Positions 30,601 through 42,600 of a DNA stretch of 64,000 bases are shown here, in pieces (within the stretch, counting starts at the first letter, position 1; each line of letters starts with the position of its first letter). The notes beneath the pieces are model-generated. The model saw nothing but the letters and a program-made list of their open reading frames with translations, ran no database searches and was not told the origin of the DNA. Origin of the DNA: Antedon mediterranea (taxonomy: Eukaryota; Animalia; Echinodermata); assembly GCF_964355755.1 (NCBI RefSeq), contig NC_092671.1:17670001-17734000 (forward strand). Direction: 5' to 3'. Position numbers and translations under genes: made by a program.

Positions 30601-33600
30601 ATCAACAAAACATATTGTACCTATGTATACATAATTTATCTATGTTGTATTGTAAAACTTTTTGATTGGTCACATCAAAATATTAAAGCCCCATTCCCTA
30701 CGTTTTTTAGATGTAATTTAAGATCACAAACTATATTTAATGTAAAAATAATACTATATGGTCCTATTGCGATAACTTTTTTCGTCTTTAAACGGTTAAA
30801 AATGTGAAAAATAAGTCTATTTTAATAATTATAGCGGCCCGCTATAAATCCCAAAATGCATTGCGCGCGGATTGATATTTTTGTTTTTCACCTGTAATTC
30901 GCCCACTTTTCGATCGATCGTGAGGCCAAAACAAATGGAAGACTCCTAACTTTTCAGCGAAAATACCGGGTTTTCCCCAATTTGTATCAACGGAGTCTGG
31001 CAAAAATAGAAAGACAATTAATGCAGCAACTATACAACGTCAGGCTAGGTATATAGCTAGCGTACGATGTTCGCACGTTACCGATGTTTACCAGCTAGGC
31101 CTACAAAACCAAGCCTAGCCAGGCTAGGCCTAAGACCGTCCACGAGAGGTCGATCGCCGCGAGGTACTTAGGTAGTTTTTAAAGTGATATATATGTATTA
31201 TTTTCCAAAAAACGTCCAAAATTGCAGGGAAGGGGTCTTTAAACTAAAAATGTTTGTGTGGTATTTACAATATTTCTATAGTAAAGTCATGTTTGTGGTA
31301 TACCAAAAGTTGAGAATGTCTTTACGTTTCAATTCTCTTTCTACAACCGTCTTCTAGAATAATACTACAATTCAATCATTTTTACTTATTCATTTTAACT
31401 TTTAATTATGTAGTTATATCACTATTGGAGGAAAAGTTTGGGTCATTATTGCGAACTTAAATATACTTATTTATATATACTAAATTAACTTGATAAACTT
31501 AAAAATCTACTGTACAGCATTTATTCAAATTAATTCTGTAGCATACTTTCAAATGATCGAGTACTTTCCATTTCTCTTGTATTTGTTTACAGCTATATAT
31601 GATGATGTGTCCCAGTTATCAGTTGAAAACTTGGAATGAATTATGATTAGGCTAATGTTATATTCATTCTCATTCAGTCAATTTTACATTAGTTAAGTCA
31701 TTTACTGTGTCCTATATAATAAGTATCTCTTTGTTGCAACATCACAGGGTGTGAAATTTGTTTTTGTCTCAAGATGGTTTTTGATTTTTTTAATTGATAA
31801 ATCACCTTAAGGCTTGGTGTCAAAGTTAATTTTTTCAACAATTTTGTTTAATTATTTTAGATATGATATATGAACTGTGTCTTGTCACCGTGTGGCAACC
31901 ACTTTGTGAATGTTACAATTTTTATGTGGCCCATTTATGATATTCCTTCGGGGGTTTTGATGGACACATATCTGCATATGTACAGTATAATGTGTCCTCA
32001 TTGTTATATGTATTGGTAAATTAAAAGTAATAGGTGCACTATGAATTTTTCGTTTTCTTTTATATGGAATTTTGTTATTCTGAAATAAAGTAATCATATA
32101 GACTTATTTTTCTGGTTTTCTTTTTTTACAGCATGCGTTGGCACATCTACTGGTTTTACGACGGTGCAAAATCCGGATCAAAGATATTCAATACTCAAGG
32201 CACTCTATTCGAATTGTACATATGTAGAAGGAAATCTAGAAATTTCATACCAGCAAGATATAGACAAAGACTTTTCATTTTTAAAAGACATCCGTGAGGT
32301 GACGGGATACGTTCTTATTGGGTTGTCATATCTACCGTCTTTAATGTTACCAAATCTTCGCGTTATCCGAGGAACCACTCTTTTCGAAGGAAACGCACTT
32401 TTAATTAGTCATAATTACCTCGAAGGAAATTCAGAAATTGGGTTGCGCGAGCTCAACCTAAAATCACTTCAAGGTAAATTTTTTTTACACAGTTTTTAAT
32501 TATGTAGCAATTTATATGAATTTTTTTAGACTTAACCATTTGCGTTAGTTTCATTAAGATATTTCTTAACTTAAAAGTATTAATTAGTAGAAGTAGTATA
32601 TAATGTAACTATCATTACATATAACATAAATATGAAATTCACTGAAAATTATTATATAAGCAACATAAAGAACATAATTGCACCATACAACAAATATGGA
32701 GGTTTTAGCTATAGATTTCTATAGACTGTTGGCAATTTTGCTATCCCAAATTCCAAAATATTGCATGCTTTATAAAATAACAACTGTACACAGGCATAAA
32801 TAAATCCTAGATAGTACATTATATTAATTATAAAATATTTATTAATCATAACATGCATTCAATTATTAGTGATTTATATATTATTATGCATATTCTAAGA
32901 AAATATTACATAAATAACAAAGAAACAAAAAAAAAGAATCAATTATTTGTATTATTAAACCTATTTTTAATTATTAAATATTTTTTAATCATAACATGCA
33001 TTCTATTATAAGTTGTGATTTATTTATATTAATTACACACATTCTAAGAAAATATTACATAAATAACAAAGAAACCAAAAACAAAGAATCAATTATTTGT
33101 ATAATAAAGCCTATTTTTAATTATTAAATATTTTTTAATCATAACATGCATTCTATTAGCTGTGATTTATTTATATTATTACGCATCATGCTAAATATTG
33201 TTTAATCTTTCCATAGAAATAATTCGAGGAAATGTACAAATTGCAAAGAACAATCAGCTTTGTTTCGCAGACACCATCAATTGGAAAGATATTGTATCAC
33301 CAGATGCTAATGTTACTATAATATATGATGATGCTGTACCACGACGGGAATGTAGGTGTAATATGTATAAATGGACATAACTTAGAAAATAATAAGATTT
33401 TTTATAAAGTTGGTAAAAAAATATATCAATTATATAGATATGTGATTATGTATGCATTGTGTTCTGTAGATTTTACGTATACTTTTACAATTTACAGATC
33501 ATACTGTTTTTAAATAAATTCCAAAATATATGATATATCAAAGTGGTCATTTAAATAGATAATAAATAAGCTTTATAAAAATCATTTTTTAAACAAATCC

Positions 33601-36600
33601 ACTTTTATATGTGTTCTTGAATTTGTGTTTACTGCAAACGGTAATTTCAATAATATTACTTGGGTTGTGATACTTTTATTTTATTTGAAGGTCCATCTTG
33701 CAAAAACGCAAATGCTGGGTGCTGGGGTGAAGGCACAGAAAACTACCAACAATGTAAGTGATAAAAGAAGGTTGAATAAAATACTGTAACAAAACAAAAG
33801 AAATATGAGTGTTAAAAGATAAATACTTTTCACTGAGAACGTATCACATTGTGCAATTTAGACGAGATATCTATATATAGATATAACATGTGCAAAAGAA
33901 AACTTTAATTTATTCTTTTCAGCAATAAAAATCCATTTTTTTTGTATATAGTTGAGAAATTGCTTTTTGCCTATTCTTCCTTCTCCTTCAATGTACGTAA
34001 TTTGTCAAGACAATCAATAAAAAAATGTAGTATATAGATTGGCTGTAAGTAATTTGGATTGCACTAAAATTTAACCATAGGCTCTTACTTATTCATTTAT
34101 AAAATTTGGCAGTTTATCGATATTTAAGATTATAAATTATAACGTGAATAAAAACAATTTGATATATATTGAAATTTAGAGGAAAAAAACATATTTTTAA
34201 CCTTGGCATTTACCTGTAGGTGTTTTTTAATTTTTTTAAAGTGTCAAAAGTTATTTGTGATAAAACTTGTGACAATCGTTGTCATGGACCTACAGCAGCA
34301 GATTGTTGCCATAAAAGCTGTGCAGCAGGTTGTAATGGACCCCTTAATACCGAATGTCTCGTAAGTAACAAACATATTTATAGAGTTATATATAAATCAT
34401 ACTGTAAATTATAGAATCAGTGCTCATATTGGGAACATGATCTCATAATCACGTCGAGCATAACTCATTGGGGAAAGTTCCGTATTTTTTAGTTGTATGA
34501 AAAAATGTATCTGGACGGAATTTGAACTTGCAACCTCTTGCTTACAGGGCGAGTATCATACCACTAGACCACAGAGCCATATATGGTATTTTCACAGATT
34601 TTCACCCACCAGACACATTCTCTCGTACCACAAATGCCCTCACAATCAGTGGAGGCTTAACAAGTCAGAATAAATTCCAACAAATATTTAACTTTTAAAG
34701 TTAACTGTATAGATACGTGCAATATAATAATTATTGCGTACATATTTTAAAGTTTTAAACTACATTTAAACAAATTCCTGGGTGCAGGTGTTAATGGTTT
34801 GAATTGTTGGGGGATGGGCATTGGGTGAGGTTCAAGGGGGTGGGGGCTGTATTTGATTTAAAAATACTATTTATACAAATAAATCAATTTACTAACACAT
34901 AGGAAATTCTAATTTTGGTTGTATATTGACAATTAATTTATAAACGATACAGATGAGGAATTTCTGTGAGAATAAAGAAAAATCAACCCCAACCAAATAA
35001 TACAGAAATAAATAAGAAATCATTCTGTAGAATTTCTGTTTAATTGTGATTTAAAATAAAATAATAAATGAAATAGGCTATGAATGTTAATATTGTTATT
35101 TCAGGCATGCCGAGATTTCACTAATGGAGATGAGTGTGTCGAGTCATGCCCACCAAAATTTGTGTATGATCCAAGCAGCTACACGAATGTTCTGAACCCT
35201 AATTTTAAGTTTCCTTATGGTGCCCAATGTATCGAAAAATGCCCAGGTAAGGTTATCTGAGAAGAGATAAACTAAGCTATTAAATGTAATTTACATCATC
35301 ATCATCTTTTATTCAAGTCAGTTTTCTCCCTCTTCAAAGGGGTTACGGACTGTTGCTCTACCAGGCTGCTACACCATCTCTCCACTTCTTCTTGTCTTGC
35401 ACATGTTACTCCAAACTAACTTTTCTCCTTTCTTTCCTACTACTGTAGTACCTTCTTTCTTTCTTTACCATATCTTTCCACCTTTCACCTTTGGCCATCC
35501 TCTTTCTCTTCTACCTCCAACTTCTAAATGCCAATCTCTGTTTACTAGTTCATCTTCATCTTTTCTTAGAATATGTCCCATCCATCAGCTCCTTTGTGTT
35601 CCTTTCTGCCAGCTTAACAGCACACATCTTATAGTTGGCCTTTCTGTTATTCTCAAAATTCCTTCTTCAGTAATCTTTATGTTCGATGTATTTTTATGTT
35701 TAATTCATTATTTGGTATGTTTTATTTGTATGCTTTGTTTATTAGAAAACTTTCTAACTGACAGCGAAACATGTGTAAAGCATTGTGATGACGGAAAACA
35801 AGAAAAAGAGGGCAAATGTGTTGATTGTGATGGTCCTTGTCCAAAGAGTAAGTTTTATAGCGTAGTGGATTAATTACTCGGCAACTATAGCATTTAGCAT
35901 CTGTTTTAGCAATATATCTTCTGTCATTAGTTAAATATATGCACAGAAATTGTAAACATGTTTCAGAAATTTATTTAAACATGTACTGAAACAAACTGAA
36001 ATTTCATTACTTGTTGACTTACAATAATTATATTAAATACATTTAGCATGTGATGGACTGGAGAAGACCGAGTCATTAAACTCTATAAACTATCAACAGC
36101 TGAAAGGTTGTACAATAATTAAAAAAAACATCATCATTGGCGTGGTTACATTTCTTGGGTAAGCAATCTTAACTCTTTTAATGTAAGAAATTTTCAAATT
36201 GGTATACCAGTTTGATAAATTGAGATCAGTAAACAAAAATGGCCAAGTGGTTATGAGCACCGTTTACCAAAACTAAAGAGTTAATATCAGCATAGGTTCT
36301 AGGCCGACTTGCTCCTAGTTCTGGTGGTGGAACAAGTCTTCTCTAAAGGACTATAAACTGTAGGTCCAGTATACACACTGTTTGCCCATATGCACTTTCA
36401 AGATCAAAAATATCCCTGTGTCAGTAGGATTTACCGCCTATCTTATAGGACAATGATTAATTTACAATTGGTAATTCTTGACCATAGGACATAATTAAAC
36501 AATGATTGTCACAGAATGTATCTCACAGTGGCTAAACATAATGCAAGATTAACTAGTGTTTAATTTTACTTGACCTAAAAGTCATTAATTAATATTATTA

Positions 36601-39600
36601 TTATAATAATTACATATTAAAAGTAAAATTCTAAATAATTTTTCTAGCAATTTGAACAATAGATTAAAAATATTTTACACTTTATGTTATTCCCATGTAA
36701 GTTTATATCATTTTACCACTGTATTGCTTGGAGGTAAGATTCTTTACGTATCATATTGTGTTTTCTTTATTTAGGGACGCGCTTAACAACATACCTCCAT
36801 TGACACCTGAAGATTTGGAGATATTTAGAACAGTCAAGGAGATCAATGGCTTTCTATCGGTCCAGGCCACACATGAAAATCTTACCAATTTGTCATTCTT
36901 TGAAAATTTAACTGTCATTAAGGGGCGTGAACACTACAGGTAATGGCTATAGACATTGTCACTAATTTAAATAATTCATAGTTTTACTTGCACTTGACAA
37001 TCAATATCCTTTTTGACCAAACAACTGGTTTGCTCCAACAAAAGTCTCAACGCTTTTTGCAATTCTCTCTTGTGGTCAATTTTTCCTAGCTGCATAGATT
37101 TACTTGGTAAGGACCAAGCTAGTTTAAAAATTGTCAATCCACCATTGACTAGATCTAGATCATTTTAAATAAACGGGAGTTGGATAAGGTCCACGCTTTA
37201 ATATCACTAAGTCACAGCACAAAGGTTGGCTAATATAATCTGGGAGTAGTTTTTGCTAGTCATTGCTAATACAATTTTTTTTTTTCAATTTACAGTTTTA
37301 ATTCAATAGTTAACTTACATTGAAAACCTGTTGTATAATACATACACTATTATTTTTAAATTGATTTAATGCACAAAATCGCACTAAGTATGCCTATGTC
37401 CAATGTAAAATTTTAGGTGGAGGTACACCCAGCTATTGCCAAAAGACAAAATCCCAAACAACAAGCCTAAATAAAATTGAAATCACTATTTCATGTTTAG
37501 AAATATTTCTATTTGTTTTAATTTCATCACAAAAAGCAGCTTCTTAACTAACCATATTTTGTTTATTTTCTAATACAAAATTTTATTTCATATTATACAC
37601 GGGCCTATATGTGACACGGGCACAGCACGCACTCTTTTTGCTAACATGGATATGTGTTTTACATTTTAGTTCTACCCCAGATACACTACATATTCAGCAG
37701 ACTAGCTTACAATATCTGGGTCTGACCTCCCTGGAAGACATATCATCCGGAAATATACGTATTAGAGAAAATGAACAACTTTGTTATGTTAACAACGCCA
37801 TTATGTGGACAAGCAAATTAACTAATGCAAATGAACAGAGAGTAAGAATTGTCCGAAATAAAGTTGCTGAAACATGCAGTAAGTATTTCAAATGAAACAA
37901 TTGTTTTATCATTATTTATACTGTTTCAATAATGATATTGTTCTTTTTAATTCTAGTGTTCATGAAGCATCCTTGTCAATTATGGGTACCAATTTAGAAT
38001 CAGTTGGACTGACATCGCTTGAAAAAATTCTGAAAGGAAATGTATTGTTTCTACAAAATCCAAATATGTGTTATATTGGAGAAAGTGAAATACTGTGGGA
38101 TAAATTTGAACAAAATACAATTGAACAAAGGTTTTTTACTAGTGGCTCTTATAACTTGGGCAACTGTAGTGAGTATATTATTTACTAGCTTATCCAGAAA
38201 TGTGTTTATCACGTTAACCTGTGGGTTATTAAAGCATCGTAACTACGCTTCGTAACATTTTTATCACCACCATCATCACCCATGCACAGCTCTCACCTGA
38301 TAGTTTAAGACCGATTTAGTTTCTGTCTTTTTCGTTGACATTTTTCCAAAGTCTAGTAAAAGTTTTACAATATTCTGCAGTTTATTACATTATTTAGTAC
38401 TTTATGTTTTGCTAGTGATTACAGTGATGGCAAAATCCAGTTCTAATAGCTTCTTTAGTAACAGTAATGTTCATCTGTTCATTGTTAGTTTCCATACATA
38501 GGGTTGCATGATGTATTAGTAATACAGAATTTGTCTTTATTACATTAAAAAGAATGTAGTATTTAAAATTTGCATATAGATTTAAACAAATATAAATTAT
38601 TTGGTCATTTAGACGCAACAATCAAGCTATTGGCTATAAACCAAATGTGTAGTGTAGTGTATATTTACTACCAACATAAAAACTAAAATCACAAAATTAT
38701 TGTGAGTTCAATTGAGACATATACTATGCAGGCTACAATTGTACCAGTGTTATAATAAGTACATTTAAAATTAATTAATTAATTAACAGATGTTTACTTT
38801 ATAAAAGACATTTACTATAGATTTTAAAATAGAAAACAAAAGCAAATTAATATTGTTAGTTTCTTCATACTGGATTCAAAATATAATAGTTCACTTGTCT
38901 TGCCTTGTCAACTTAGAGAAATTGACAAAGCACTAAAGTAAATAATGACTTAACTGTAAACATAACCTTTGAAACATTATGCAAACTTAGCTGTGAATGA
39001 CGTAATATTTTTGTTATGTCATTCACAGCTAAGTTTAAAATGAAAAGTATGTTTCACATATTCACATAATCACACAGACAATGTCATTTTAATCAATAAT
39101 TACAACTAAATGAAAGCACAACTATACCAATGTATCGTATTGTCCTTCAACAAATTAGTTAATTGAAACTATTTACAGTAATAAAGTTTTAAAAAGGTGT
39201 ATAAATCAAGCAAAGAATACATTTAAAAGAGTTAGGATTGGCTTTTTTAGCTAACTTTATGTCCCAACATGAATACGGATAGAAACAATACTCTTGACTT
39301 AAATTGTTATTTTTCAGTCAGTCATTCGTTTAATCACAATGTTTTTGGTATTTAGTTCATCTCAAATTCATAGCAGTGGTTAAATTGTTGTATTCTAGGT
39401 CAAATCATTATTTGATTGCATGATATCATATGTTATGAATTCATATAATATGTGAGATAGTTTTTGTCTTTCAACAAATTCAAATTCACTTCCACTGTCA
39501 TACATCTGATTTTAAGTGTTTGAACAAATTGTTTTAGAGTATTGTATTTGTTCAACTTAGCTTTGAAATTGTTTTAGTTTCCTTGATGGAGTAACTGGTA

Positions 39601-42600
39601 TTGAAGATTTTAAATGTACAGTGTGGATATCTTTTTGGCTATTTGGCAGTAGAAGTCATAATTATTTTTTCATTGTGAAATCTTGTTTTAAATGAAGAGT
39701 ACTTGTTCTATGGTTTTGTAGTAGTAGTTGTCGTCATACCACTTCAGATCGCATTATTTTATTAGTTACCTTTTAGGAATTGAAAGTTGAAGAGCAGTTT
39801 TATTGTGATGAACAAGTGAACTAAATGGTACCAGAGTGAACTAATTGGAAATATGTTGGGTGAAAGTCATTTAATTAATTTTGATTTTTTTTTTGCAAAC
39901 AGGCATCCAAGCTTACTAACCAGCACAAATGATTTTCTTTTTTATTTCTAACAAATATTTTTTAGGATTTAATTTTGCGTTTTATTTGCAGAGATATGCA
40001 CACAAACACATATAAGAGAAGAGACTTGGATTATTAACAAACATAGCACCACACAGCTATTGACTTGGGATAGGGACTAATCCCTAGATATTGACTGGGA
40101 GTGCATGGGAATAACCCCTAAATATTGACTGCGAGTGGAGTTAATCCCTAGCTATTGACTGGAGGTGGGAATAACCCCTGGCTATTGACTGGGGATAGAG
40201 AATTATCTCTAGCTATTGACTGAGGGTGGAGTTGATCCCTAGCTATTGACTGGAGGTGGGAATAACTCCTAGCTATTGACTGGGGGAAGGGAATTATCTC
40301 TAGCTATTGACTGAGGGTAGAGGTATCAAAGTAGGGAATGACTGGTTCCACTTTGGCAGCTATGTAACAAGGGCTTTGATACATTTTGAAGTTTTATTAA
40401 CAGCTTTAGCTTCAAGGCTTTTTATGTTGAATTAAAAGAGGCTACAGATAAAAGGACTAAATCTATTATTACATTTGCATTTGAATATGAATAATAGTAT
40501 TGTGAATTCCAAAACCATTTAAATGAAAACAACAATTTTTTAAAAACTTATTTGCTAAATTTACTAACAACATTTATTAGTTTTGTTAAACTGATATTTG
40601 CTAAACATTACAATATTGTTCAAATATTAAATAATTCTGTAGCCTCTTTCAATCAAAATGTTGAGCTTTTAAAGATAAGAACACTACCACAGTAGTTTGC
40701 AAGCCATGCTTCTTATGTATACCAATTATTTAATAAATTGAAGTTCAAAAAATTTAATATTATACACAAATAGAAGAATATGATTTCGGAAAAACAAATT
40801 AAAGTGATTATTTTTATAAAGATACATGGATAATGATGGTTTTATAACTTTTTTTCTCAAAATATTTTCAAACAAAAAGAAAATAATATTTAAGCAATCT
40901 CTTTGTGTATAATTGTAACATTGAGGTTGATGAGGGAAGAGTGAGATAACATTCTCACTTTTCCCTGGGTTGATGAGGTTTGGTGACGGTTGGCATTTGA
41001 AGTGATTTTTTAAAAAAAACCACCAAAGTATGGATATGATTTATCCATATGTATATGACATGATATCATCATTGGATAATATGGAGCTTTTGATTGCGAT
41101 GACCTATGACCTACGTATTGAGGTTTCGTTGGTCATCGTTTGAACCTAGAAACCACCAAACTAGTGTCAAGGAATTGTGAGGATGCACTTCCTTGCGCAC
41201 AATTAATTAAGTTGTAAAGCTTGTTTCGCACTAGGACGCAAAGCAAGGATGTGGGTCACAACGTAAGTGAATTTACCAATCACAAGCAACAGTTTGAATA
41301 ATCCATCGCTTTGATTGATTAATTCAGTCGTGTTGCCGCTTACATCCTTGCATTGTGTCTTTGTGGGAACCAAGCTCCTTCGGTCATTACAAATATAAAG
41401 CTCCCTATTTCTATTATCAATATGGATATTTTTATTGTTTTACAACTATGTGAATTACATCTGAATCTAAATATTAAACTTTCCTGATTTTTGGGCTATA
41501 ATATTGAAGTTTAAAAATGTACATAATTTTGATAAATTCAATTTCTCCCACAAAGCATTTATGCTGCTAATACAGTAAATGTAAATTAAAAAATTGAATG
41601 TAGTGTACTATATTTTCAATTTACCGTGATTAAAGATGACTTGAATGAATTTATATGTTGGTATTTTATTCGTTTTAAAACTCGATAATAAAAGCATATC
41701 AAAGTAGAAATAAAACATGCTTGATTAAAAAGCGCTCTTCCACAAAGTCTAGATATAAAAATAATAAAAAATCATTACATTGAATTACAAATGATCATTT
41801 CCTGCAGCAGTAGACTTACATTAAATATATTGATATAGTAATTGAATTTACCTTAATTATGCAACATAGTATCAGATGTACTTCACATAGGTATGTTACT
41901 TGGAACATTTACCATTGTATTTTTATATTGTAGTGTATGCACATACATACATATTACATTATAACACACATACATAAGTTTTCTGCTGTTATTTTATTTA
42001 TATATATATATATATAAACAAATCAGGCAAAGAACATTAATTCTAAACCGCCCGGTAATATACTGAAATTTAATTAATTCATTTGAAACGATAAAGATGA
42101 GGAAATCTGTGAGAATGACAGATATATATATATATATATATATTATATAAAATTCATAAATTAGGTTTAAATTATTTGTTGTATAGAATTAGAAATTCAT
42201 CTGAATAGAAATATTTGTTTATATATTTGTATTTGTTTTGAAGTTTGATATTATGTTTGATTAATTTAATTAGTTAATGAGGGACGTGTATGCGATGCCC
42301 AATGCCAACAGATAGGTTGTTGGGGTCCTGGTCCAGAACAGTGTGTCGAATGTAAGAATAGAAAGATTGGTAATAAATGTGTTGAGGACTGTGATTATGA
42401 AAATGGGTAAGTTTCTAATAAGCTAAAAATAATATGTTACTATAACTAATTATTGTTTTTTTTTTTTCCTTGCAATTTGAAGAACTTATTTAAAGAGCAT
42501 TTATTGTTTTTCCTCGTGTTAATCTTGGTCGAAATCATATTTATTGTTTGTTTTATCTGGAGGTTAAGACATAAAACCATTTTGGCTGATTGAAAACATT

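Noticed and set aside
31593-31640. Good acceptor (TTGTTTACAG) upstream of exon 2
   Set aside because: Runs into a stop in phase 1 and has no credible donor.
34513-34578. Functional tRNA gene
   Set aside because: Acceptor and T stems do not pair, so it is treated as a tRNA-derived relic.
37670-38168. Exons 10a/10b as an assembly artefact or two consecutive constitutive exons
   Set aside because: They are too diverged to be haplotype duplicates, and their phases make consecutive use frameshifting.
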